Shown: positions 24,445 to 40,854 of the stretch, piece after piece
How positions within the stretch are numbered: position 1 is the first letter of the stretch
Layout: every line of letters begins with the position of its first letter
Source: Octopus sinensis
Lineage: Eukaryota
DNA: 64,000 bases
Direction of reading: 5' to 3'
Assembly (NCBI RefSeq): GCF_006345805.1
Contig: NW_021833113.1
Location: forward strand, 18,232 to 82,231
Notes under the pieces: generated by a model
Told to the model about the DNA's origin: nothing
The model's database searches: none
What the model saw: only the letters and a program-made list of their open reading frames with translations
Made by a program: the position numbers and the translations under genes

Positions 24445-26166
24445 CTGAAAGGTTTTCATAAAATTAAGGGTTATATCAGTTCTCTTTTTTTTTACTTTTT
24501 TTTTTCAAGAAGGGCACACCTGCTTCTGTCCTCACTCTCTCTCTTTCTCTCTCTCTGCCCAGGTAACCTTGTACCTCCTCTACAGCAAGACACCTATTTC
24601 TTTACTACCCAAAACGGGCTAAACACAGAGAGGACAAACAAGGACAGACAAACGGATTAAGTCGATTATATCGACCCCAGTGCGCAACTGGTACTTAATT
24701 TAATCGACCCGGAAAGGATGAAAGGCCAAGTCGACCTCGGCGGAATTTGAACTCAGAACGTAGCGACAGACGAAATACCTATATTTTTACTACCCACAAG
24801 GGGCTAAATACAGAGAGGACAAACAAGGACAGACAAACGGATTAAGTTGATTATATCGACCCCAGTGCGCAACTGGTACTTAATTTACCGACCCGGAAAG
24901 GATGAAAGGCCAAGTCGACCTCAGTGGAATTTGAACTCAGAACGTAACGACAGACGAAATACGGCTATGCATTTCACCCAGCGTGCTAACGTTTCTGCCA
25001 GCTCGCCGCCTACAGCAAGACACCGGTTTCTCTCTCTCTCTCTCTCTCTGTCTCACTCTAACAGTTCATCATCTGACACAAGATCCCCTACCTCCCATGC
25101 CCCCCCCGTCCCCCTCTCAAAGGTCCTTTGACTACAAAGTTACTTGCTCACCCCCCAGCACCCAGGTCTGGTGAAATCATCCAGACCAGACCAGTAGACT
25201 GGTTGGCATTTGGAAGGGCCCCCTTCCAGCTGTGTAAACCTCCCCTGATAATGCATGGCCCCTTGGGCAAGTGTCTTCTACTGTAGCCTCAGCAGTTTTG
25301 AGAATAACTGTTTAGGTCTGTGTGTGTGTATGTGTGTATGTGTATGTATGTGTGTGTGTATGTGTGTGTGTGTATGTGTGTGTGTGTGTGTGTGTGCAAG
25401 GTGTATGTGTGTGTGTGCGTGTGTGCAAAGTGTGTGTGCGTGTGTGTATGTGTGTGTGCGTGTGTGCAAGTGTATGTGTGTGTGTGCGTGTGTGCAAAGT
25501 GTGTGTGCGTGTGTGTATGTGTGTGTGCGTGTGTGCAAGGTGTATGTGTGTGTGTGCGTGTGTGTGTGTATGTGTGTGTGTGTGTATGTGTGTGTATGTG
25601 TGTGCGTGTGTGTGTGTGTGTGTGTATGTGTGTGTATGTGTGTGCGTGTGTGTGTGTGTATGTGTGTGTGTGTTTGTGTTTGTCCCCCTAACATTGCTTG
25701 ACAACCGATGCTGGTGTGTTTACGTCCACGTCACCTAGCGGTTCGGCAAAAGAGACCGATAGAATAAGTACTGGGCTTACAAAGAATAAGTCCCGGGGTC
25801 GATTTGCTCGATTAAAGGCGGTGCTCCAGCATGGCCGCAGTCAAATGACTGAAACAAGTAAAAGAGTAAAAGAGTAAAGAGCAGTGCACTGCCCCCCATA
25901 TTGTGCTAAAGGCTTCCGATGAATTCCAGCACCTGACACACCTTTCGACCAGAGAAGTCGGATCACCGCTCATTGTTCTTCTTTGGTGCACATTGCTAGG
26001 GGGGCAACCATTCTCACACTGTAAAGCCAGAACAAAAAACGGTGTGATGAGGGTCAAACTTTGATCATGCAACCACAATAGCACCAACCATAAGCATCAT
26101 GCGCAGAAGGCACTGTGACTATAATAAAGACATGGCAAAAGTGTGGATAATTTTTAACTTCTCCTC

Positions 26167-26212
<46 letters not shown>

Positions 26213-26582
26213 GGAGTGATCTTTACTTTGTTATCTCCCCTACTTCTTCCCTCTTGTGTGCGACCCTTCTGTCCAAAGTCAGTCGCCATGATAGATCGTT
26301 AGCCACTACACACATTCTTTTCTCTCCTTGTTTTCTCTGTGTCCCTTTCTGTAAAAGAGCATAGGCTCGAAACATAAAAGACTTTTTCTATTCCTGAGCG
26401 TTATACTAATACATCTGTTTGTTTTGTACACCACCTGTCGTCGTCTTTTTTTTTTTTCGTAAACTTTCCCTTTCATCATCATCATCATCATCGTTTAACG
26501 TCCGTTTTCCGCGCTAGCATGGGTTGGACGCTAGTCTGATCTGGCAGTGTTTCTACAGCTGGATGCCCTTTCTAACGCGAAC

Positions 26583-26629
<47 letters not shown>

Positions 26630-26647
26630 ACAAACACACACACACAT

Positions 26648-26701
<54 letters not shown>

Positions 26702-26712
26702 TGTATACATAC

Positions 26713-26877
26713 CTCAGTCCCTAGTTCTTCAATGTATTCCATGTCCATTTCATAAAGTGTCTCAATGTGGTCGCTTGTGAATGCGATGGGAACAAGTAGC
26801 AGGTTCTTGCGACCCCGTGTCACCAAGCCTCGAATGGCGTCATCAGTCTGAGGGGCGAGCCATGTGAGAGGCCCGAC
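26713..26877 (-). CDS. FECH: FECH coding exon 8 (165 nt): [55 protein letters not shown]
   Basis: tttcag acceptor, GAG|gtatgt donor. [16 protein letters not shown] is the ferrochelatase signature with the catalytic Glu (human Glu343). Same length as human exon 9. Confidence 0.97.
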
Positions 26878-29384
26878 CTGAAACAGAGCAGACAGAGAGA
26901 GAGAGAGAGATAAATATAAAGATATACATATATATATAACGGGAAGCTTTATGAAAATAGACAAAAGACGAAGGCAGGTGGAAAACAAACGAACAATTGT
27001 ATTAGTATGGCGCTCAGGAAATATAAATGAAACAAGTCTTTAACGTTTCGAGCCTACGCTCTTCAACAGAAAGATACACAGAGAGAAAAAAAACACAGAA
27101 AGAAGGAGAGAAAAAATGCGTGCAGTAGCTAACGAATCAACATGGCGATCTGTACACATAGAGAGAGAGAGAGAGAGAGAGAGCAGAATAAGAAGGAGAG
27201 AGAAGCGCATGCATACACACAATTATTTTTTTTAATCACCAACTGCTCTCAGTTGTAGGATAGTGGCCATGCTGGGGCACCACCTTCAATGGTTTAGCTG
27301 ATCATATCAAACCCTCACTACATATAATTTTAAGTTTGATGCTTATGAATCAAACCTTGTTTGTTGATCTGCTAAGTTACATGGCACGTTCAAATGAGAA
27401 GCTATTTCCTATTCACACACACACACACTTGTAGTTTTTTTTTTCAGGATTAAAATAGGATTTCGCAATGATGGGACTGGATTGTTTGTTTTAAAGAAAT
27501 ATGTTTTAAAGTATATATGGCGCAGGAGTGGCTGTGTGGTAAGTAGCTTGTTTACCAACCACATGGTTCCGGGTTCAGTCCCACTGCGTGGCACCTTGGG
27601 CAAGTGTCTTCTACTATAGCCCCGGGCCGACCAAAGCCTTGTGAGTGGATTTGGTAGACGGAAACTGCAAGAAGCCCGTCGTATATACACAGGCAGAAAA
27701 TTTGACTTCCCTATAAATATATATATAATTCAAAAAAGGTGTACTAAATCAACAAACCTACAGAAAACAGACACGGAAGGTCAAGTTGAAGAACATAGAC
27801 TAAATGCACAGACAGACAAAACAGGTCACTGACCCCTCGTCAGTTATCAGCCAAAGTGTCTAACGCAATTTCGGACCATCATCATCATTTTACTGATATG
27901 GACCAGATACAGTTTAGTGATGGACATTTTCTATGGCTGGACACTCTTCCTACCTATTTCTTTACTACCCACAAGGGGCTAAACATAGAGGGGACAAACA
28001 AGGACAGACATAGGTATTAAGTCGATTATATTGACCCCAGTGCATAACTGGTACTTAATTTATTGACCCCGAAAGGATGAAAGGCAAAGTCGACCTCGGC
28101 GGAATTTGAACTCGGAACATAACGGTAGACGAAATACGGCTACGCATTTCGCCCGGCGTGCTAACGTTTCTGCCAGCTCGCCGCCTTCCTACCACCAACC
28201 CTCACCTTTTCCCCACGGCCAGACATGTTTTCACAGACGACTGAGAATCAACAACACAGCTTGTATGACAGTGACATTTGCTTACAACTACTACACAATA
28301 TCAAGACAAAACACACACACACACACACACACACACGATGAGCTTGTTTTAGTTCTGTCAACCAAATCTACTCAGACCTCAGAAGACAACACTTGCCCAA
28401 GGGACAAACTCCGGGACTGACTTTCAGACTCCATGGTTGGGAAGCATATTTCTTTTTACACTTTTACTTGTTTCAGTCATATGACTGCGGCCATGCTGGA
28501 GCACCGCCTATAATCGAGCAACTCGACCCCGGGACTTATTCTTTTGTAAGCCCAGTACTTATTCTATCGGTCTCTTTTGCGCGTTTCTTTTGATTAATTT
28601 TAAATATAACAAAGAATTTACTAAAATAACTTCGTTATCGTTAAGCTAGAGTTAGTAACATAAATTGTGACTAAGGTTTGGTGCAAGATTTTAATTGAGA
28701 AATTTTGAAAATAAGACATTTGTGCTAGAGAGCCAGAGGTGGTTTCCAGCCAGGTTGGTATCAAAAGGGTTAAGCAGTAATGGAAAACAATCTCAGAGAC
28801 ACACCCAGGTAGATATATATATATATATATAGATAGATATATACATACATATATATACACACATATATATACACATATATATATAAACAAATATACATAT
28901 ATATATACACATATATACATATATATATATATACACATATATACATATATATATATATACACATATATATATATACACATATATACATATATATATATCA
29001 TCATCATCATCATCATCGTTTAGCGTCCGTTTTCCATGCTGGCATGGGTTGGACGGGTCAACTGGGGTCTGTGAAGCTGGAAGGCTTCGTCAGGCCCAGT
29101 CAGATCTGGCAGTGTTTCTACGGCTGGATGCCCTTCTTAACGCCAACCACTCCGCGAGTGTAGTGGGTGTTTTTTACGTGCCACCTGCACAGGTGCCAGA
29201 CAGAGCTGGCAAACGGCCATGAGCGGACGGTGCTTTTATGTGTCACTGGCACGGGAGCCAGCCAAGGCTGGCAACGGACACGGACGGATGGTGCTTTTAC
29301 GTGCCACCGACACGGGGCCAGACAGAGCTGGCAAACGGCCACGAACGGATGGTGCTTTTACGTGTCACCGGCACGGGGGCCAGC

Positions 29385-29512
29385 CATATTATATATACAT
29401 ATATACATATATATATATACACATATATACATATATAATAATATATACACATATATATATACACACATATATATATACAACATATATACATATATATTAT
29501 CATATATAATAT

Positions 29513-29555
<43 letters not shown>

Positions 29556-29568
29556 TATATATATATAT

Positions 29569-29609
<41 letters not shown>

Positions 29610-29843
29610 TATATATATATATATACACAATATTTATATAATATATATATAATACACATATATATATATATATAATATACACATATTAAATATATATATT
29701 ACACATTATATATATAATATATATTATATACATATATATATATATATATATATAATACAATATTACATATATATATATATAATATATATACACATATATA
29801 CATATACATATATATATATACACATAATACATATATACTATAC

Positions 29844-29879
<36 letters not shown>

Positions 29880-30905
29880 ACATATATATATATACACATA
29901 TACATATATAATATACACATATATACATAACATATATATATATACACATCCATACATATATATATACACATATACCATATATATTATATACACATATACA
30001 TATATATATATCACATATATATATACCACTCTATACATATATATATATATATACACATATATACATATATATATATATACACATATACACATATATACAT
30101 ATATACACATATATACATACACATATATACATATATATATATACACATATATACATATATATATATACACATATATACATATATATATATACACATATAT
30201 ACATATATATATATACACATATATACATATATATATATACACATATATACATATATATATACACATATATACATATATATATATACACATATATACATAT
30301 ATATACACATATACATATATATATATACACATATATACATATATATATATACACATATATATATATACACATATATACATATATATATATACACATATAT
30401 ATATATACACATATATATATACACATATATACATATACATATATATATACACATATATACATATATATATATACACATATATACATATATATATATACAC
30501 ATATATATATATATATATATAACATATATATATATACATATATACACATATATATATATACACATATATATATATACACATATATACATATTATATATAC
30601 ACATATATACATATAATATATACACATATATACATATATATATACACATATACATATATATATATACACATATATACATATATAATACACAATATACATA
30701 TATATATACACATATATACATATATATATACACATATATACATATACACATATATATATATACACATATACACATATATATACATACATATACATACATA
30801 CATACATACATATACATATATATATATATATACATCCATACACATATATACATATACATATATACACACATATAGATAGATAGATAGATAACACACACAC
30901 ATATA
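29385..30905. repeat. About 1.5-kb compound (AT)n/(AC)n/(ATAC)n microsatellite (similar tracts at 19780-20160, 21540-22125, 25310-25680, 33335-34140, 39470-40020, 50230-50710, 62040-62355)
   Basis: Direct inspection; source of the CVYIYI-type ORFs. Confidence 0.95.
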
Positions 30906-31009
30906 TATTACCTGCACACAGACATGCATACACATAAAAAATTTAGTTTCTGTGCAGTTTGTGTCATGAATCTCACTCACAAGACATTGGTCTCACCAGA
31001 GTCACTCAC

Positions 31010-32615
<1,606 letters not shown>

Positions 32616-32787
32616 TCAACCTCAGTGGAATTTGAACTGAGAACATAAAGACAGACAAAATACTGCTAAGCATTTTGCCCAGGTGTGCTAACCATTCTGC
32701 CAGAATAATAATAATAATAATAATAAATAATAATAATAATATAATAATAATAATAATAATAATAACAACAATAATAATAATAATAAC

Positions 32788-32830
<43 letters not shown>

Positions 32831-33985
32831 GCCCTGATGCAGTACCAGGCAGTGGCTCTCATGGCTTCTTATCTTAACTGATTGGAAGTGTTATCATGTA
32901 CATTGTTTTGTCTTGGTATAAAAGATGGACTACAGCAAATATTCTGCTCAATACCACAGATTTGCTTGTCAGTTGTTTGACCTTAACCAGTTGAGCATGT
33001 CCCTTGGTGGCTGACGATATGTGCATCTCTGATCACGAGCAGAAGTAGTGGGGGAGCATCATAGCCACGTGTTGAGAGGGATTCTTTGGGGTTTGAATAA
33101 TTCACCTCTGGAAACATTGGTGGTTCGTTCAACATCCTTAAGCAACCCTTATTCAGTGACCTTTTGAGCGGGATGGGCTACTCAACCTGAAGAAAATTCT
33201 AACTGGGCCCCACCTGCAAGGTCATGTGCTGTTTATCTTGATATGATATCACCATGTCGCGCACATATGGTAGTGATGCATGTGCCTGGTGTACCCTTAT
33301 TAGACGGGTAGTCATGATGGGTATATTGGGCTTCGTATATATATATATATACATATATATACATATATATATACATATATATATATATACACATATATAT
33401 ATATATACACATATATATATATATACACATATATATACATATATATATATATACACATATATATACATATATATATATATACACATATATATACATATAT
33501 ATATATATACACATATATATATATATACACAATATATATATATACACATATATATATATATACACATATATATACATATATATATACATACACATATATA
33601 TATATACACATATATATACATATATATATATATACACATATATATACATATATATATATATACACATATATATACATATATATATATATACACATACACA
33701 TATATATATATATACACATATATATATATACACATATATATATATACACATATATATATATACACATATATATATATACACATATATATATATACACATA
33801 TATATATATACACATATATACATATACATATATACATACACATATATATACATACACATATATATACATACATATATATATACATATACATACACACATA
33901 TATACATATACACATATACATATATACATATACACATATACACATATACATATATACATACATATATACACATATACACATATAC

Positions 33986-34018
<33 letters not shown>

Positions 34019-34047
34019 CATACATATATACATACATACATTATACA

Positions 34048-34080
<33 letters not shown>

Positions 34081-34081
34081 G

Positions 34082-34139
<58 letters not shown>

Positions 34140-34342
34140 GGAGTAAACACATAATGTGAAACAAGGTGGAAAAAAGAGTACTCAAATACCAGTGGTAGAG
34201 TAATATGCTTTATTTAAAGCAGCAGAAAAAAGCTCATCTCATCTGTATATCTCTCTGTACTCTTTTACTTGTTTCAGTACTCAGAGTAACAGGTTTTGTT
34301 GTATTTTCTGCTGCTTTAAATAAAGTGTATATATATATATAT

Positions 34343-34627
34343 AAACAATTGCAGCGTGGAAGGTGTTTGTAAGCCATTTAAGAAACACACAAAAGCCGTT
34401 CGATTCACTTCAACAGTTAAGTTTAATTTATCAAAATATTTTCGTCGCTAAAATCCGCAACCTGTTCACTGACAAAAATCTGCAGCACGGATTTTTGTCA
34501 GTGAACAGGTTGCGGATTTTAACGACGAAAATATTTTGACAAATTAAACTTGAATGTTGAAGTGAATCGAACGGCTTTTGTGTGTTTCTTAAATGGCTTA
34601 CAAACACCTTCCACGCTGCAATTGTTT
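34343..34627. repeat. Near-perfect 285-bp palindrome (arms about 140 bp, few-nt loop)
   Basis: aaacaattgcagcgtggaagg...tgacaaaaatc / gatttttgtca...ccttccacgctgcaattgttt. Confidence 0.92.
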
Positions 34628-34681
34628 TCGTTCCAGCACACGATCTCAGATCAAATCACTTGCTATGCGAGTACATCTCCG

Positions 34682-34723
<42 letters not shown>

Positions 34724-34840
34724 TCAGACACACACACACTCACAACTATGCACACATTCACACACATATATACACATACATTCACAGTCATTCTCATACA
34801 CACACACACACTTTAATATAAAAAAAGTGGCAAAGTTTAC

Positions 34841-34939
34841 CTTGAGTGGTAAGGAATGTGCTGAGAAAAGAATAACAACATCACTTTGAACATCAGGAGA
34901 GAATTGTTGTAAGGCATCTTTGATGTTGTCTGCCACAGC
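34841..34939 (-). CDS. FECH: FECH coding exon 6 (99 nt): AVADNIKDALQQFSPDVQSDVVILFSAHSLPLK
   Basis: ctacag acceptor, AAG|gtaaac donor. FSAHSLP carries the invariant active-site His (human His263). Same length as human exon 7. Confidence 0.97.
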
Positions 34940-37900
34940 CTGTAGGGTAGTGGGGAGAGGAAGGAGGGGAGAGATGGGTGTGGTGATAGATTGGGGGGGA
35001 GAGGGGTCAAGAGAAGAAGAAGATAAAAGATTAGTTAATAACCAAATGCGAAAATTAAGATATGTATGTGTAGGCACAGGTGTGGGCTGTGTGGTAAGTA
35101 GCTTGCTTCCCAACCACATGGTTCCAGGTGCAGTCCCACTGCGTGGCACCCTGGGTAGGTGTCTTCTACTAGAGCGTCTCAGACCAACCAAAGCCTTGTG
35201 AGTGGATTTGGTAGACGAAAACTGAAAGAAGCCCGTTGTGTATGTATGCGTGTATATATGTATATATACATACATCCATATCTGTATGTGTGACTTTGTG
35301 TCTGTCCCGCCATCATCACTAGACAACCGGTGCTGGTGTGTTTACGTCCCTGTAACATTAGTGGCTCAGCAAAAGGGACTGACAGAATAAGTACTAGTCA
35401 ATAAAAATACGTCCTGGGGTAAATTTGTTCAGCTAAGAACCGTCTAGGCATTGCTCCAGCATGGCCGCAGTCATATGACTCAAATAAATAAAAGAGTAAA
35501 AGCACACAGATAGGCGCAGGAGTGGCTGTGTGGTAAGTAGCTTGCTAACCAACCACATGGTTCCGGGTTCAGTCCCACTGCGTGGCATCTTGGGCAAGTG
35601 TCCTCTGCTATATCCCCGGGCCGACCAAAGCCTTGTGAGTGGATTTGGCAGACGGAAACTGAAAGAAGCCTGTCGTATATATGTATATATATATGTGTGT
35701 GTGCTTGTGTGTGTGTGTTTGTCCCCCTAGCATTGATTGACAACCGATGCTGGTGTGTTTACGTCCCCGTCACTTAGCGGTTCGGCAAAAGAGACCGATA
35801 GAATAAGTACTGGGCTTACAAAGAATAAGTCCCGAGGTCGATTTGCTCGATTATAAAGGCGGTGCTCCAGCATGGCCGCAGTCAAATGACTGAAACAAGT
35901 AAAAGAGTAAAGAGAGATATACAGGTGAGATGAGCTTTTTGCAGTTTCTATCCATGGAACCCACTCCTAAGGTTGGCCAGAGGCTATTCTAGAAGGTTTT
36001 TCACTTGACCCCTTTGGCCCGGCTGGGACAGATTTGGACCAGTCAAAAATTTTACAACCCAAATCCTCAAAATTCCCATTCTTTGTGATGCAGTATAGTA
36101 CTGCTCCGGTTTTTGTGGTAAGCATGTAGGGCCAGACGTATGATCGGAGTGCATGACACCATATTCCTTTCTACTGAAAGCACAAGGCCTCAATACGGGG
36201 GAAGGGAGTAAGTAGATTACATTGACCCCAGTGTGTGACTGGTACTAATTTGATTCTTTTCTACTCTAGGCACAAGGCCCGAAATTTTGGGGGATGGGGG
36301 GGCCAGCCGACTGGATCAACCCCAGTACACAACTGGTACTTAATTTATTGACCCCGAAAGGATGAAATGCAAAGTTGACACTGGTGGAATTTGAACTCAG
36401 AACATAACGGCGGACGAAATATCGCTAAGCATTTCGCCCAGCATGCTAACAACTCTGCCAGTTCACCACCTACAATAATAATAATCCTTTCAACCATAGG
36501 CACAAGATCTGAAATTGGCGGGGGTAGGGATGGGTAATTGATTATATTGACCTCAGTGCGTACTGGTACTTGATTTTTATCAACCCCAAAAGGATGGAAG
36601 GAAAAGTCGACCTTGGCGGAACTTGAACTCGGAACATAACAGCAGACAAAATACCACTAAGCATTTTGACCGGTGTGCTAATGGTGCGGCCAGCTTCCCA
36701 CCTTGATGATAATCTTTCCTGCTGGAAGATCAAGACCTCGAAGTTGAGAGAAGGGATTAAGTCGACTGCATTGACCTGAGTGAGGAATATCTTCTCAAGA
36801 ATTTTTTCTCATGTTGGTAATGACGCAAGGGGGGGCGGGGTCTGTATGTATGCAAGCGTTTTGAGTTGTCTTTATAGTGTCATACACTAAGGGGGCAAGC
36901 TGGTCATCTCCCTTATCTGATGTTAGCCGAAGCTAATCTTAAATGCTGCTGCTGCTTGTTTGCTTGTTTGTTTGTTTGTTTGGTGAGAGAAGCGGCCTTC
37001 GTCCCAGCTGTAGTGGGAGAAGTCCGAAACGTGGTCCTTTGCTATTCGTAAGACCCGCAGAAGAGAGAGCAGGTCAACCCCGCCGACACCGAGAGCATCA
37101 ACGGATGGATGAATGCACATCCAGGCTCAGCGGTTGCGTAGGAAGTCGGGGACAAGAAACAGGAAGAAAGAGTGAGAGAAAGTTGGAGCGAAAGAGTACA
37201 ACAGGGGTCGCCACCACCCCCTGCCGGAGCCTCGTGGAGCTTTAGGTGTTTTCGCTCAATAAACACATGCAACGCCCGGTCTGGGAATCGAAACCTCGAT
37301 CCTCCGACTGCAAGTCCGTGCTGCTGCTGCTCCTAGGTCAGGTGTGGTGGGGTACGTACCACTGCAGCACCTTATTGCATTCACTATTTTTTAGTATATT
37401 CCCGGCTCCTTCCAGGCAACCTATCAGACTCCCAGTCAGTTCGCATCTCTCATTACACTATGGCATCTGGTTGACCAACATCAGCCATTATTAACCCAGT
37501 CGGATCCTCAATAAAGAAAACAGGATCCAACTCAGAAAATCGAGCAACGTGGCCAAAGAGGTCTGGGCTGGTTCTCTTGGATCATACAACTAACAGGACA
37601 CACAGTTTTGTAACTTTTGAAAATTAATATTTTGTTCATATCTTTGAAAATGCTGGCATTACAATAATAATAAAGGATGCTACCGTACACATTTCTACAA
37701 ACCAAGGACGTTATATAGACCTCCTTGACTCAAGTCAGAGAAGGGGTGCGTATTATACACCAGGTTTAGGTTTTCCAGAGGTACAGACCCCTAAAAATCC
37801 TCTGCGTATTATACCCAAGGGTGCAAAAATACCTTAAGCTAAGCCTGAAAGCAATGAAGTCATAAAAGAATCATCCATAACTTGCAATAAGCAACATTTA

Positions 37901-38312
37901 TTGAACGTTATTACTGTTATTTCTTTATTTTATGCAAACAAAATGCACAAAAAGGCTACACGTTTGCATTATGTTATATATACAATAATAATAAAGGACG
38001 TTATTGTATACATTTTTACAAACCAAGGACGTTATATAGATCTCCTTGACTCAAGTTAGAGAAAGGGAGCGTATTATACACAAGGTTTAGGTTTTTCAGA
38101 GGTACAGCCCCCTAAAAATTCCCTGCGTATTAAACTCAAGGGCAGACTATACTCGAGAATTTATGGTACATATGTCTACACATATATATCTATATATATA
38201 TCTATATCTTTTTCAGTATAAATTTCGTTTGATTTCCTTTGATATTATCAGAGTAATGGCAATTTTACTGAAATTTTTTAAGGGTGAGATACTTTATATA
38301 TACGTATATATA

Positions 38313-39009
38313 CCGTAAATCCTTGAGTATAATCCGCATTTTTTCCCCAAATTTAATGGTCAAAATCCCTAGTGTGTACTATATACAAAGTTAAAAATGA
38401 AAATTATTTTCTAAGCAATGTCCGAGTCTCTATTTGCTGTCCGGCAATGTTTATTCAGACGCATTTAGTGTTGTCGGGCGCGAAAATACCTTAAGCTAAG
38501 CCTGAAAGCAATGAAGTCATAAAAGAATCATCCATAACTTGCAGTTTATCAAAATTTATTCGGTTTGCGGATCCATGGAATAAGCTGCCGGACGAGATAG
38601 TGAAGATGCCGACGACCGCTCGGTTCAAAGTCTCCCTTGACCACAAGTGGCCTGAACTCTTTACATGAACACCACCCTGTACATAACTCCATGTCCCCTT
38701 ACATGGCCTTGCGTTTTGCTTTTTGAGCCAAAAAATTAACTAACTAACTAACATTACAGTTTTTTCTTTATTTTCTGCAAACAAAATGCACAAAAAAGCT
38801 ACACGTTTGCATTATGTTATATATACAATAATAATAAAGGACATTACCATACACATTTTTACAAACCAAAGACATTATATAGACCTCCTTGACTCAAGTT
38901 AGAGAAGGGGTGCATATTATACACAAGGTTTAGGTTTTTCAGAGGTACAGCCCCCTAAAAATACCCTGCGTATTAAACACAAGGGCAGACTATACTCGAG
39001 GATTTACGG
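38313..39009. mobile_element. Tc1/mariner-superfamily (Tc2/pogo-like) non-autonomous element carrying a CR1 3' fragment
   Basis: TA|CCGTAAATCCTTGAGTATAATCCGC ... GCAGACTATACTCGAGGATTTACGG|TA TIRs with TA TSD. Internal 38545-38750 reads WNKLPDEIVKMPTTARFKVSLD and ends in (TAAC)n. A partial second copy at about 37610-38167. Confidence 0.8.
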
Positions 39010-39194
39010 TACATGTCTACACATATATATCTATACATTTATCTTTTTATATCTATATACATACACACATTTATATAAACATACTTCCAATGACAAAAAC
39101 ATGTATTTATATATATATATATACATACATGCACACATATATATACTCACATATACACTCACACACACATGGTTATATAGTAGAGCAGTCATAC

Positions 39195-39363
39195 CTCGAC
39201 CAGTCCTGGGTGTGTAGGCCAGCGGTCAATAACACTCCAGAGCATGTTCGTAGGAGCATCACGTTGTGCATAATACTTGTATATACCATTGAGGCTACTT
39301 CCTGTTGTGGAGCAGGTGTATTGTGGGTACTGGGTAAAGGCAATTGCTCTCTCGATACCATCA
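39195..39363 (-). CDS. FECH: FECH coding exon 5 (169 nt): [31 protein letters not shown]...[15 protein letters not shown]
   Basis: gtttcag acceptor, GAG|gtatga donor. [16 protein letters not shown] contains the first [2Fe-2S] ligand (human Cys196). Read by hand; not in the ORF track in this frame. Confidence 0.96.
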
Positions 39364-39643
39364 CTGAAACAGAAAGAGACACAAAGCCAGGATAAAGATT
39401 CTTTTTTTCATCTTCATTACTTTAATATACACTTTTGCATACTGTCAGTTTATTGAGGTACATTTTCTATATATATATATATATACATATACATACATAT
39501 ATATATGCATACATATATATATATACATACATACATATATATATATGCATATATATATATGCATACATATATATGTGTGCGTGTATGTATACATATGTAT
39601 GTCTATGTGTGTGTGTGTGTATATACATATATATATGTATGTA

Positions 39644-39678
<35 letters not shown>

Positions 39679-39885
39679 GTGTGCGTATGTATACATATAT
39701 ATATGTATGCATGTATATGTGTGTGTGTGTATGTATACATATATATATATCTATATATATATCTATGCATGCATATATCTGTGTGTGATGTATGCATGCA
39801 TATATGTGTGTGTGTGTCTGTATGCATATATATATGTGTGTGTATGTATGCATATATATATATATGTGTGTGTGTGTGTATATAC

Positions 39886-39919
<34 letters not shown>

Positions 39920-40023
39920 ATGTATACATATATATATATGTATGCATGCATATATGTGTGTGTGTGTGTGTGTGTGTGTATGTATGCATATATATATGTG
40001 TGTGTATGTGTGCGTGCGTGCAC

Positions 40024-40350
40024 ATGGCTCAGTGTTTAGAGCGTCGAGCTTACGATCGTGAGGTTGTGAGCTCGAATCCCGGACCGGGCTGCGTGTTGTG
40101 CTCTTGAGCAAGACACTTTATTTCACGTTGCTCCAGTTCACTCAGCTGTAGAAATGAGTTGCGACGTCACTGGTGCCAAGCTGTATCGGCCCCTTTTCCT
40201 TTCCCTTGGATAACACTGGTGACGTGAAGAGGGGAGGCCGGTATGCATGGGCGACAGCTGGTCTTCCATAAACAGCCTTGCCCGGACTTGTGCCTGGGAG
40301 GGCAACTTTCTGGGTGCAATCCCATGGTCAGTGTCGTGACCGAAGGGGCT
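40024..40350 (+). mobile_element. tRNA-derived SINE family D (second copy 18121-18460)
   Basis: ggctcagtgtttagagcg...gagctcgaatccc head, then gtgttgtgctcttgagcaagacacttt and ccagttcactcagctgtagaaatgagt. The two copies align over about 330 bp. Confidence 0.75.
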
Positions 40351-40854
40351 CTTCACTACTTGCCCTATAGACAGCAATTTCCCTCTTCAGTACACAAATT
40401 TAACCTCATCGCTGCTGCGTACATACCAACAGCAAATCAGTTGCACGAACGTGTGCATATGGCCAGTCACAGCAACGCATGCACATGCTTTCCAATCAGG
40501 TCTGCCATCTTCCCTTTCAGTTTTCTCCACGACATCACAAAATATTACATCCCTTGAGCTGTTCCTTACCGATTCCGATGCTCCCTAATGCTGTCATAGA
40601 TCCCAGAACTTACCTCCTCATCTCTACTGACCATGTGGCATGTGTGTGTATGTGTTTGTGTCAGTGTTCGTCCCCCATCATTGCTTGGTGACTGGTGTTG
40701 GTGTGTTTATGTCCCTCTAACTCATCGGCATGGCAAAGGAAACCAACCGATTAATTACTAGGCTTAAAGAAAGGAATAACTCATGGGGTTGATTCAATTG
40801 ACTAGAGGCATGGCCACTGTCACAAATATACACAGATTTCTGTATATTGAGGGT

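Noticed and set aside
27815-27882. Permuted (type II) hammerhead on - (GAAA before CTGACGAG)
   Set aside because: Helix I cannot be formed and helix II has only 2-3 pairs; more likely a broken Penelope remnant.
29297-30980. Long ORFs rich in C/V/Y/I/M/H/T (also at 19752-20321, 21411-22401, 25255-25738, 33199-34185, 39435-40111, 50165-50712)
   Set aside because: They are translations of (AT)n/(AC)n/(ATAC)n microsatellites, which lack stops in several frames.
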